A stretch of 64,000 nucleotides of DNA from Candidatus Eiseniibacteriota bacterium (GTDB lineage: Bacteria; Eisenbacteria; RBG-16-71-46; JABDJR01): assembly GCA_963783375.1 (NCBI GenBank), contig CAWANH010000028.1, positions 160,001-224,000 of the forward strand, read 5' to 3'. A program made the translations under genes and the position numbers. Positions 38,723 to 49,082 of this stretch are shown here, one piece after another. Positions within the stretch are counted from its first letter, which is position 1. Every line of letters starts with the position of its first letter. The notes below the pieces were generated by a model, which was given only the letters and a program-made list of their open reading frames with translations, was not told the DNA's origin and did not search any database.

Positions 38723-40004
38723 GTGCGTCCCCGGGGAAGCAATGTTCGCAATAAAGACCGCGCAACAAACATCCGCCGCCATTCAGCCATCGATCGACCG
38801 ACCTGGGGGATTGGACACGGCTCACGGACGCGGACCCGCGGGCGCGACGCCACCGACCCCCGTGCGTCCCCGGGGAAGCAATGTTCGCAATAGGGAATCC
38901 AATGCGGTGTGGTGGTCGGGGGGAACGAGAGGGTGGGCGCACGGCGGCTCGGACCCTGGGGCGGCCGACCGGGCCGGCCCTGCCCCCGAGCGAGGCGCGA
39001 ATCTGAAGGCGTGATGGGTGCGAAGCGGGTCCCGTCGCGCCTGAAGAGCGAGCGAAGGATCGTCCGGTGGACGATCCGAGGGAGCGCTGAGCGCCGAGAC
39101 GAGGGGGCACCGGCCCGGAGGCCGCACACGCCGACCCCCGTGCGTCCCCGGGGAAGCAATGTTCGCAATAGGGAATCCAATGCGGTGTGGTGGTCGGGGG
39201 GAACGAGAGGGTGGGCGCACGGCGGCTCGGACCCCGGGGCGGCCGACCGGGCCGGCCCTGCCCCCGAGCGAGGCGCGAATCTGAAGGCGTGATGGGTGCG
39301 AAGCGGGTCCCGTCGCGCCTGAAGAGCGAGCGAAGGATCGTCCGGTGGACGATCCGAGGGAGCGCTGAGCGCCGAGACGAGGGGGCACCGGCCCGGAGGC
39401 CACACACGCCGACCCCCGTGCGTCCCCGGGGAAGCAATGTTCGCAATAGGGAATCCAATGCGGTGTGGTGGTCGGGGGGAACGAGAGGGTGGGCGCACGG
39501 CGGCTCAGACCCCGGGGCGGCCGACCGGGCCGGCCCTGCCCCCGAGCGAGGCGCGAATCTGAAGGCGTGATGGGTGCGAAGCGGGTCCCGTCGCGCCTGA
39601 AGAGCGAGCGAAGGATCGTCCGGTGGACGATCCGAGGGAGCGCTGAGCGCCGAGACGAGGGGGCACCGGCCCGGAGGCCACACACGCCGACCCCCGTGTA
39701 TCCCCGGGGAAGCAATGTTCGCGATAAGGAATTTATCGCGACGTGGTGGTCGGGGGGAACGAGAGGGTGGGCGCACGGCGGCTCGGACCCCGGGGCGGCC
39801 GACCGGGCCGGCCCTGCCCCCGAGCGAGGCGCGAATCTGAAGGCGTGATGGGTGCGAAGCGGGTCCCGTCGCGCCTGAAGAGCGAGCGAAGGATCGTCCG
39901 GTGGACGATCCGAGGGAGCGCTGAGCGCCGAGACGAGGGGGCACCGGCCCGGAGGCCACACACGCCGACCCCCGTGTATCCCCGGGGAAGCAATGTTCGC
40001 AATA
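38723..40004. repeat. Array of 4 near-identical 278-bp units carrying 6 copies of a 31-bp motif GTG(CG/TA)TCCCCGGGGAAGCAATGTTCGC(A/G)ATA
   Basis: Motif starts at 38723, 38862, 39140, 39418, 39696 and 39974 (spacings 139, then 278 x4). Confidence 0.95.
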
Positions 40005-40165
40005 AAGACTCTCGCGGGGGTATCAAGACACGGTGATCGTGCGAGCGTGCGCCCGCCCGCACACCCCCAACGCGAACGGGCGGCCCGCCCAGGAGCCGCC
40101 CGCATCGCTTGTTCCGTCGGGTCACGTCGGAGGCACCCGGCTCCGCCGCCGCCCCCGGCCCCTCC

Positions 40166-40906
40166 CTACCGCATCCGGATGAAGATCCAGTACCCCACCG
40201 CCACCAGGAGCACGCCGACCATGATCGCGGTCAGCTCGGGACCGTACCGGTTCACCACCGGCTGGAAGATCCCGCCCAGGGTGGGAGTGTGGAAGCCGCC
40301 CACCGCGCCCTTGGCGCTACCCCATGCGTCGCCCATGAACCCGCCGACCCGGCCGGAGGAAACCGGCTGTCCCCCGGTGATGCGCTGCCAGGGGACGAAC
40401 ACCACCACCGCCCACACCGCCGCAACGAGCACCGCGAGCCGCACCACGAACTTCACGAACCAGCCCCCGAAGGAGCGGCCGCGAAGCGCCCCGGGAGGCG
40501 CGGAGACCGCCACCGGCCGGGCCTGGGGACGATGGTTCTGCTTGGCCGAGGGCGTGGGCACTCCCTTCAGCCGGTTCAGGAAGAGGTACTGGCGGTGCCA
40601 CTCGCGCTCGAACTCCTCCCGGTCGCGCGGGCTGGGGGGCTCGCTCACCTGGAGGTTGGTGTAGCGGTTCAGGAACTCGCCGAGGCTCCGCTGATGACCG
40701 TGAACTTCCTGGGACGCCCCCGTGGGGGCCCCGGTGGTCACCCCGGCCAGGTTCTCGGCGATCCTCCCCTTCAGCTCCAGGAACCGCCGTTCCTCCTCGG
40801 GGGTCACGTCCTCGGCCCCCATGCGGGTCACCACCAGGGTCCGGTAGTCCACCCACTGGCCGATCAGCTTCTCCAGCCGTTTCTTGTAGTTGCTGTTCGA
40901 GAACAT
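40166..40906 (-). CDS. Hypothetical membrane protein with two C-terminal TM segments
   Basis: MFSNSNY start with GAGG RBS; charged helical N-terminus; hydrophobic segments LAVLVAAVWAVVVFV and IMVGVLLVAVGYWIF. Confidence 0.7.
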   Translation of the reverse strand: MFSNSNYKKRLEKLIGQWVDYRTLVVTRMGAEDVTPEEERRFLELKGRIAENLAGVTTGAPTGASQEVHGHQRSLGEFLNRYTNLQVSEPPSPRDREEFEREWHRQYLFLNRLKGVPTPSAKQNHRPQARPVAVSAPPGALRGRSFGGWFVKFVVRLAVLVAAVWAVVVFVPWQRITGGQPVSSGRVGGFMGDAWGSAKGAVGGFHTPTLGGIFQPVVNRYGPELTAIMVGVLLVAVGYWIFIRMR

Positions 40907-41060
40907 GGCGCTCTTACCTCGTTTCAGCGGGGAAGGGAGAGGTGCCACCGCTCCCGCTCCCCCGTTGGGTTTTCGAAACGCAGGTCCGGCCCCCCTGCCG
41001 GCCCCCGGGTCCGCGCTTCTCGCGGACGCTACCTGGAATCCATGCCCTCCTCGCGTCGTT

Positions 41061-42128
41061 CTACGCCCGCTTCAATCCCCGCATCTTCTCCGAGTCCTGG
41101 ATCCGCGTCACCACGTCCACGTAGTCCACCACCCCCTGCTGGTAGAGCCCCAGGAGGTCGTCGTCCAGGAGCTTCATCCCGTCCCGGTAGTGGGTGGCGA
41201 TGGCGTTGTTGATCTGGTGGATCTTCCCTTCGCGGATCAGGTTCGAGATCGGGGAGTTCACGAACATGGTCTCGCGGGCGCAGATCCGCCCCGGGGCGTC
41301 GGTCCGCCGGAGCAGCGTCTGGGACACCACCACCTTCAGGGTCAGGGAGAGCCGGGTCCGGATCTCCGCCTGGTGCTCCAGGGGGAACACGTCGATGATC
41401 CGGTTGATGGTCTTGGCCGCCGACTGGGTGGACAGGGTGGAAACCACGATGTTTCCGGTCTCCGCCGCGGTCAGCGCCACCTCCATGGTCTCGCGGTCCC
41501 GCATCTCCCCCACGAAGATGATGTGGGGCATCTGCCGGAGCGCCGCCTTGAGCCCCCGCACGTATCCCTTGGTGTCGAACCCGATCTCGCGCTGGTCGAT
41601 CAGGCACGTCTTGTTCTTGAACATGAACTCGATCGGGTCCTCGATGGTGATGACGTGCTTGGGGACCCCGTGCTCCGCGTTCAGGTACTCGATGTACGAG
41701 GCGATGGTGGTGGACTTCCCCGCCCCGGTGGGGCCGGTGATGAGGATGAGCCCGTTGGGCTTGTTCACCATCTCCATGAGCGTCCGGTCCGAGAGCCCGA
41801 TGGACCGGTAGTCCGGAATCTCCAGGGGCACCAGCCGGAGCACCGCGGCCACCGTCCCCCTCTGCTGGTAGACGCTCACCCGGTAGCGGGCCAGGTTGGG
41901 AACGTGGTAGCCCACGTCCAGCTCGCGCTCGTTCTCGAAGATCCGGCGCTGGTCCATGGTGAGGAACTGGTAGACGAGTTCCTGGGACTCCGTCCCGCTC
42001 AGGACCCACTCCGGATCGAGGGGCTCCAGGGCCCCGTGTACGTGGTACGTGATGGGCGCCCCGGCGGAGATGATGACGTCGCTGGCCTGGCGGTCTACCG
42101 ATTCGCGGAGGATCTCCATCACGTCCAT
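41061..42128 (-). CDS. pilT: Type IV pilus retraction ATPase PilT/PilU
   Basis: MDVMEILRES..ASDV; GPTGAGKSTT, ITIEDPIE, VGEMRD, AAETG, ISNLIRE. Confidence 0.85.
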   Translation of the reverse strand: MDVMEILRESVDRQASDVIISAGAPITYHVHGALEPLDPEWVLSGTESQELVYQFLTMDQRRIFENERELDVGYHVPNLARYRVSVYQQRGTVAAVLRLVPLEIPDYRSIGLSDRTLMEMVNKPNGLILITGPTGAGKSTTIASYIEYLNAEHGVPKHVITIEDPIEFMFKNKTCLIDQREIGFDTKGYVRGLKAALRQMPHIIFVGEMRDRETMEVALTAAETGNIVVSTLSTQSAAKTINRIIDVFPLEHQAEIRTRLSLTLKVVVSQTLLRRTDAPGRICARETMFVNSPISNLIREGKIHQINNAIATHYRDGMKLLDDDLLGLYQQGVVDYVDVVTRIQDSEKMRGLKRA

Positions 42129-42133
42129 GGCGA

Positions 42134-43415
42134 TTACCCCTGGTCCTTGATGAGGGTCGGCGTGATCTCGATCACGAGATCGGTCTGGCTGGTCTCGATC
42201 CGGTAGTGCCGGAAGAGATACCCCAGGAGCGGAATGTCGCCCAGGAGCGGGACCTTCTTCACCGTCTCCTTGCTCTCCTCCTGGAGGAGCCCGCCCAGGT
42301 AGAACTTCTGCCCGTCCTGGACCCGCACCACCGAGGTGGCCCGGCGGGTGGAGGTCTCGGGAAGGTCGTTGTCGGGCCCCACGAAGGCGATGATCGTGCT
42401 CACCTCGGGGCTCACCTGGGTGGTGATGAACCCGTCGTCGGAGATCCGGGGGACGATGTTGAGCTTCACCCCCACCTCGACCTTCTCGAGCTGGACGGTC
42501 TGGAAGGCGCCCCCCTGGACCCCGGCCGAGGAGAGGCTGGTGATCACCACCGGCACGGTCTGGCCGATGAAGATCTCCGCCGGCTGGTTGTTCATGGTGG
42601 TGATCTTGGAGTTGGCCAGGAGCTTGGCCTTCCCGTCGGTGATCAGGGCGTCGAGGGTCACCTCGAAGGACTCCACCTGGCGGTAGATGTCGCCGGTCTG
42701 GTCGTACTTGATGAAGGGGAGCTTGCTCGGGACTGGCGTCGTTCTGGGAATCGCCGGGGTTGGTCTCGGTGATCACCTGGGTCCACTTGGTGATCTTCTC
42801 CCAGTCGATCCCCAGCTCCTTCAGGTCGGTGGTGTTCACCTCCACCAGCCGGGCCTCGAACATGACCTGCTCGGGCCGCTCGTCGAGGTCCTGGACGATC
42901 CCGTCCACCTCCTCGATCACCGACTGCGGCGCCTTCACGATCACCCGGTTCCCGGAGACGTAGGCCCGGGCCTCCTTGGAGATCACCTCCAGGGCCTTCA
43001 CCACCTCGTCGGCGTTGGCGTACTGGAGGTCGTAGATCTTGGTGGTGAGTCCGGTCTGCTGGGCGAGACGCTGGGGGTCGGCCACCAGGATCGACCCGCC
43101 CACCCGCTCGTAGCCCAGGCCGGCGGCCCGGACCACCAGGTTCAGCGCCTCGCTGAACGGGGTGTCGTGGAGATGGATGCTGATGGGGCGGCCCTGCACC
43201 TCGGGGGCGGTCACGATGTTGAGACCGCTCCGGTCGGCCAGCACCCGGAGCACCGACACCACCGGGGTGCTGTCCGCGTCGAGGCTGATCAACTGCTGGT
43301 CGCTCATGGCCGCGGTCCCCGGCTGGGCCGGAGCCGGGCCCGGGGTCACCGCAAACGCGACGAGGACCAACCCGAGAACCAGGCATGCCCTCCAGATTCC
43401 TGGTTTCAACGCCAT
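42134..43415 (-). CDS. pilQ: Secretin (PilQ/GspD family), frameshifted near 42740
   Basis: N-terminal part has the STN/N domains and QVMFEARLVEV..LGIDW. A different frame holds the C-terminal secretin domain (GKAKLLANSKITTMNNQPA..KVPLLGDIPLLGYLF..LVIEITP). Confidence 0.8.
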
Positions 43416-43428
43416 CACGTGTGTCTCC

Positions 43429-43905
43429 TCACATGGTAAGGGTGAAATTCTCTCCGTCCTTGGTCACCGTCACGGCGCCGCTTCGGATGGAGACCACGGT
43501 CCATCCCTTGAACGATTCCCCGATGTGGAGGTCGCCCGAGCGCTGACCCTCCACCAGGATGCGTACGGTCGGGTTCACCTGATCGACCAGGATCATGCTC
43601 ACCCTGGGGGCCACGAGCGGGGGCGGCTCCACCGGTCCCCGATGCCGGGGCGCGGGAGGCGCGGGAGGCCAGTGCATGGGATCCCGGCCCGGATCGGGCT
43701 CGGCGGCGACGGCCGCGTCCCGGTCCAGCGCGGACTGGACGAGCGGGGCCTCCCCCGGAGCCGCCATCGTCCGGCTGGTCTCGACGGGCGACAGCACGAG
43801 CCGGGCCGCGGTCCAGGCCCGGAAGACCAGGAAGAGCCCGGTGATGAGGAGGATCAGCACCGCGACGGTGGCCGCCCCCCGCTGGTTCCGTTTCCGGGGG
43901 CTCAC
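43429..43905 (-). CDS. PilP-like pilus assembly protein
   Basis: N-terminal TM segment, GRDPM, Pro-rich linker, IGESFKGWTVVSI..VTVTKDGENFTL; sits just before the secretin. Confidence 0.55.
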   Translation of the reverse strand: MSPRKRNQRGAATVAVLILLITGLFLVFRAWTAARLVLSPVETSRTMAAPGEAPLVQSALDRDAAVAAEPDPGRDPMHWPPAPPAPRHRGPVEPPPLVAPRVSMILVDQVNPTVRILVEGQRSGDLHIGESFKGWTVVSIRSGAVTVTKDGENFTLTM

Positions 43906-44445
43906 GGGGAGGGGTCTCCGCTCAGGCTCAGCACCGAGAGGTTGAGCTTGAGGCTCATGTAGGGGTCGGCCAGACCGGTGTCCAGGGTGAAGGAATCCAC
44001 GAGGATGAGGGGCCGAGTCTCCTCGAGAGCCCTCAGGAACCGGATCTGACGATCGAAATTGCCGTAGACGCCCATGAAATAGGTGGTCCTCGTGAATGGC
44101 GTTCCTGGGAGCCCGATTTTGCATGCTCAGATCCAACAGACTCAGCCTGGCCGACTTCCGGAGGCGCTCCAGGGTGGCCAACGGCTCGGTGTGCCGGTAG
44201 GCCGCCCGCCAGTCCCCGTCCGCGGGAACGCCCTCGTTCACGTAGTCGAGAACCTCCCGGGCCTGGGCTTCCTGATTTCGGGCCGCACGCAGGCTCTTCT
44301 CCGCCGCCTCGCGACGGCCGGCCAGCCGGTCCAGATCTCCCTGGGCGGGCTGGAGCCAGAACAGGTCCACCCCCAGCGCCACCACCAGGAGCCCCAGGGC
44401 CAGGGCCAGCTCGCCGCGGGCGCCTCCCCGCTTCCGGGGGCTCAC
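43902..44445 (-). CDS. PilO-like protein, frameshifted near 44105
   Basis: TM segment plus coiled coil, then GNFDRQIRFLRALEETRPLILVDSFTL in a shifted frame. Confidence 0.6.
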
Positions 44446-45019
44446 TGGCTCCCCCCTGCTTCGGCTCGGCCGCCCGGACGATCACGTGAAAGCTCTGATC
44501 CGACTGGCTCGGGGCGGTGCCCAGGTCCACCTGGGGGAACCGGGCGGTGACCGCCGAACTCTCCCGAAGCGCCTGCATGAACCCCAGGACCGGGGTGAGA
44601 TCGGTCCCCCCGCCACTGATCCGCCCTGCCAGGTTCAACCCGTTCAAGCCGCTCTGTAGCCCCCCGACGCCGGCCTCGATCCTGGTCAGGATCAGGCTCC
44701 GGGGAAGCGCTCCCGAGACCGCCAGGAGCACCCCGGACCAATCCACCCGGGCCACCCGGGCCTGGACCAGGCTCCGGGCCAGGGCCACGTCCGCGGTTTC
44801 CGGCGCCGGCCGGGCCGCCGCCTCCACCTCCTCCACCGCCCGGGTCTCGTTCCGGACCCGTTCCCGAAGCTGGAAACCGGACACGATCAGAAAGCCGATG
44901 AGGAGGACCTCGACCCCCGCGATCACCCCGAACAGGGCCCCGCGGAGAAGGTCCCGGCGGAGACTCCCCGCCCGTTCCTCCCGCTCCGGATACAGGTTGA
45001 CGCGATACCTCACCCGCAC
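44442..45019 (-). CDS. PilN-like protein (probable indel near the 3' end)
   Basis: RVNLYP motif, TM segment, RVDWSGVLLAVSGALPRSLILTRI. Confidence 0.7.
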
Positions 45020-45020
45020 C

Positions 45021-46071
45021 TCACCACCGCGCCAGGCCCACCGCGCTCACCAGACGCACCCGCTCGGTGGGCGCCAGGGGGCCATCCCCGGCCGTCTGGA
45101 GATCCCCGAGCGGGTCCACGGGCACGGCCTCGATTCCCAGGGCGGAGGCGATCCGCTCTCCCAGGCCGCTGATCAGGCTGCCCCCGCCGCACAGGTAGAT
45201 CTTCGAGACCGTGTTGATCCGCTGGCGAAGGCTCAGGAACCGGACGGTCTCCTCGATCTCCCGGATGAGCCCGGCCAGCGATTCCTCCAGCACGGACTGG
45301 ATCTGCCGCCCTTCCTCTCCCTTCAGTTCGGTGAGCATCTGCTCGGCCGTGGTCCGGTCGAAGCTCAGCTCCTTCTCGATCCGCGCGGTCAGGACGTTGC
45401 AGGTGCACTCCAGGTTCCGGACGTAGAGTCCGCGCACCGGGTGCACCGCGGCCAGAACGCTGTTGACCGCCCCGAGATCCAGGACCACCACCGCCGCATC
45501 CGCCTCGGGATCCGGAGGATACGCCTCCAGGACCGCGTTCACCGCGGGGAGCGGATCGGCCTCCACCGCCCCCGGGTCGATCCCCACCGCGTCCAGAATC
45601 TTGAGCGCCCGGTCCCGCCGGGCCCGGGGGGCGGCAACCAGGAGCACTTCCTGACCGCCCGCGCTTCTCCTTGTCCTTCCCGTCCGCCGGGACCGGGGAC
45701 CGGCCCAGGATCTGGAAATCCAGACAGGGATCCTGGAGGCTCTCCAGGGGAAGGTGTTTCTTGGCCTCGAACGGCAGGGCGGCCCGGAGTTCCTCGGGGC
45801 TGAGCGCGGGGAGGGACACCTGGCGCAGGTGGACGTCCCGCCCGCTCACCGAGGTCACGACCCGGCCCAGGCGCCGGGACTTGAGCCCCAGCTCCCGCAT
45901 CAGCTCGGCCAGGGCCCGCGCCCGGCCCTCCACGTTGTCCCCGCCGTTTCCGGCGACCGCCCGGAGCCCCCAGTGGGTGAGGACCGGTCCGTTCCCGTTT
46001 TGCTCCAGGCGGACCAGCTTCACCGTATGGTGCCCCAGGTCGATCCCGGTGGCTGTACGTCGCGACAGCAA
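45021..46071 (-). CDS. pilM: PilM actin-like assembly protein, frameshifted near 45660
   Basis: GIDLGHHTVKLV; VLLVAA, VVLDLGA, IYLCGGGS, AVGLA in the second frame. Confidence 0.8.
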
Positions 46072-46125
46072 GAACCCTCCTTCTTGGCTGCGCCTGAATC
46101 CGAATCGAGCCGTATCCTAACCGGT

Positions 46126-47497
46126 TTACGGGTTGGGCGCTACCTCCCGCCATTCCAGGACCACCATCTCGCCGGTGGTCCCGTCCTGCTTGTACCAGTC
46201 GGGTCCGAAGGGGAGCTTCGCGACGAAACCGTCGTTGTAGTCAAGGGTCGGACCGCCGCGGGTCGTGAGATCCCGGAGGACGATCAGGGCCCCGGTCAGG
46301 GAGAAGTTCCCGTTGATGAGTGGCACGTCCCGGGTCACGTAGAGAAGTGCCGGATTGGCCGCGGTCCCGACGGTGACCTGGGCGGCGTTTTGGTCGAAGT
46401 CGTGGACCACCAGGGCCAGGCCGTTGTCCGGTTCGAAGGTGGCCTTGGTCTTGCAGCCGGAGCGTCCCCCCCGGCCACTTCGTCCAGTTGAGGCGATCAT
46501 CGTCGGTCGCCCCGAAGAAGCGGGTGTTGATGATGGTCGTCTTGATCGACTGACCTCCGGTCATCTGGATCTGGATGTCGGCGATACTGGCCGGGAGGCT
46601 GGCGATGATCGCCCCAAAGTTCACCACCACCGAGGTGTTCCCGGCGACGGTGTCGAGCTTGAACACCCCGTTCACCGGATCGAAGTAGTGGGCCACGTCG
46701 CCGCCCTTGAAGTCGTAGCTGAACACGCGCCGCCCCCGGACGACGATGACGCAGGTCATGGAGTCACCAGGGACGGATTGGATCTCGACGCCGCGTTCCG
46801 GTCGAAGATCTTCGCGTGAAGCGGAGTCCCCGGGCTTCATGAGGCTGTTCCCGACCACGTAGTAGTAGGTCGAGTTGGGGTAGTGGCCGGGCTCGGTGTA
46901 AATCTTGGGGGGATCGAGATGGAATCCCTCGGTGTAGGTTCCACCGCAGTCCAGGTGAACGTCGTTCTTTCCGAAGTCCGCGTCGCCGTTGGCGTGGATG
47001 TGACCGTCAAGGCAGATGTTGCCCTTGGCGTCGATATCGTTCATGACGATCATCTCTTCATTGATGCCGAAGTTGGGCACGGTCACCCAGGTATCGATGG
47101 CCCGCTTCGCGTTCCGGACCGTGCCCTCGGAGTGGACCTTCAGGATGTCCAGCGGAATGCCCTTGATCGTGTAGGTCGGGCTTCCGTTCCAGGTGGCGTC
47201 GGTGACGGTCACCGAATAGACGCCGTTCCCCTCGGCAACATCGGTGAGGGGACCGCGCCAGGCCAGGTCCTTGGCGAACTCGGCCCGCGCCCGCTCCACC
47301 CCGCCGTCGGCCAGGTAGAACGCCTCGGAGGAGTTCTGGCGGTAGAGCGCCCCATGGGTCTCGTAGCCGGCCACCGCGAAGTAGGCAAGACCGACGATGG
47401 TGACGATGAAGATGAAGACGGTGACGGTGAAGAGCGCCAGCCCGCGCTGGTCGCCCAGCCGCCCGAAGTTCCCTAGTGTCATCCGGGTCTTCCTCAT
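46126..47497 (-). CDS. PilX-like minor pilin with a large C-terminal domain (indels, including near 46450)
   Basis: DQRG|LALFTV.. leader, AFYLADGGVERA, C-terminal VVLEWREV. Confidence 0.7.
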
Positions 47498-47527
47498 ATC
47501 GGAGTCCCCCTCGCTTTGAATCCGGCC

Positions 47528-48035
47528 CTACGGGGCGCCGGTGGAATCAACGATCACGTATCGGCGATTGCGGATCGAGGCCTTGCTCTCGACCTTCACC
47601 TTGTCGAATCCCTTGCTCTGGAGTTCCAGGACGATGTTCACGGTGGTGGTATCGGCGTTGATGGTCGAAGGTGAGATCGGTGCAGCGGGTAGTCGGTGAG
47701 CGGGCTGCCGTTCTGGGTCGCCTTGGTCCCGGCCCCCGACCCAGTCGTAGACCGCGAACTGGGTCCCGAAGGTGTCGTAGCAGACCAGCCGGGACGGCGC
47801 GCCCGAGTTGTATCCGAGTCCACCGGGAGCGGCGGACGTCCCGGGCGATCTGCTCGACCGCCCGGGTGGCTTCTCCCTGCATGACCGACCTTGTCGTTCC
47901 CCAGGCGGAACGAGGTGTTGCTCTGGAGGACGATCACCCCCGCGGCCAGGACCACGATGATGGAGATGAAGCTCGCGATCATGAGCTCGATGGTGGTGAA
48001 ACCCGGCCGTACGACGTCCGGCGACGGAATCTCAC
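47528..48035 (-). CDS. PilW-like minor pilin (several indels; ends approximate)
   Basis: GFTTIELMIA N-methylation site; MQGEATRAVEQIARDVRRS. Confidence 0.6.
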
Positions 48036-48526
48036 AGCCGCCTCCCCACTTCCGATGGTCACGGTGACCGAGCGGGACACTTGGGGGCCGGTTGTAGTCC
48101 ACGATCGAAGTTCCAGGAAACGCTGTCACCTTGACGCCGGCCCAGGAACTCATCCACCGTCTTGTCGTAGCTCACGGTGAAAGCCGACCTTGTAGGTCCG
48201 TCCGTCCACAACCAAGGTCGTGTCGTTCGCCGGCGGTACCGTTGTCGCGCCTGGCGGCTGATCAGGTAGGCGAAGTCCCAGCGGCGCAGCTGCTCGATCC
48301 GCTCCTGGGCCACCGCGGTGGCCTTCCGGCGGTCCTCCTCGTAGTCCACCTGGATCCGGCCGCGCACGAAGAACTGCATGAGGCCGTACATGACGATGAT
48401 CACGAGGATCGCGGCCACCATGACCTCGATGAGCGAGAACCCGGACTCACCGGGTCGCGGACCCCGACGGAACCGATGATGGGCGATCGATGCGAGGTGA
48501 TCCATGGTCATATTCATCCGGTGCAA
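48032..48526 (-). CDS. PilV-like minor pilin (indels; ends approximate)
   Basis: ESGFSLIEVMVA..KATAVAQERIEQLR. Confidence 0.65.
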
Positions 48527-48564
48527 AAAGGCAGGAGGGCCGCCCGGCCCGATGCCGGGCGGCC
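48525..48564 (-). terminator. Hairpin after the major pilin gene
   Basis: GGCCGCCCGGC-N5-GCCGGGCGGCC followed by CTCCTGCCTTTTT; consistent with pilin-excess expression. Confidence 0.6.
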
Positions 48565-48574
48565 ACGCCTGACG

Positions 48575-48976
48575 TTACGGAAGCGTCCGGGTCGTGATGG
48601 TCCCAGCTTGATGGATGCTCGGCACGTCGTAGACCACCTCAGCACTGGCCATCTTGTTGGTGCCGGTAGCGGTGATGGTCAGTGCGTGTTCGACGTGTCG
48701 GTCCCGGCGACGGCGTAGGTGAAGTTCTCCGTCGCGCTCAGGTCGACGATCCCGTCGCTGGTGGTCGGTATAGACGCCCTTCTCCTGGGCGTAGGCCTTC
48801 TCGGCGGTGATGATCTCGCCGATCCGGCCGGTGGCCTCGGTCATCCGGGCGTTCTTGATGTACTTCCCGTAGATCGGGATCGCGATGGCGGCGAGGATCC
48901 CAACGATCACCACCACCACCATGAGCTCGATCATGGTGAAGCCCTTCTGGCCATTCTTCTTGCGGAAGCGGTTCAT
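48575..48976 (-). CDS. pilA: Major type IV pilin
   Basis: QKG|[24 protein letters not shown] with GGAGG RBS; the middle appears to contain compensating indels. Confidence 0.85.
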   Translation of the reverse strand: MNRFRKKNGQKGFTMIELMVVVVIVGILAAIAIPIYGKYIKNARMTEATGRIGEIITAEKAYAQEKGVYTDHQRRDRRPERDGELHLRRRRDRHVEHALTITATGTNKMASAEVVYDVPSIHQAGTITTRTLP

Positions 48977-49082
48977 CTGCGCAACCTCCCTAGTTCACGG
49001 TTGTACTCTGCTTGCTGCGGTTCCCCACCCCTCCCCAGTTCGTGCCGGGCCCCCTGGCCCGCGCGTCGGAAAAATCGAGTCC

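Noticed and set aside
38723-40004. CRISPR array (31-bp repeat next to a nuclease)
   Set aside because: The intervening sequences are ~247 bp and near-identical rather than unique 30-40-bp spacers, and no cas genes are present.
38590-40125. ORFs across the 278-bp array, including the N-terminal extension of the 867-aa ORF
   Set aside because: The unit length is not a multiple of 3, so the same peptides rotate through frames. A promoter at 38638-38666 places the HNH start downstream.
41061-43418. Secretin-N/PilT fusion (785 aa)
   Set aside because: Created by the frameshift near 42740; the secretin C-terminal domain and its stop lie in another frame.
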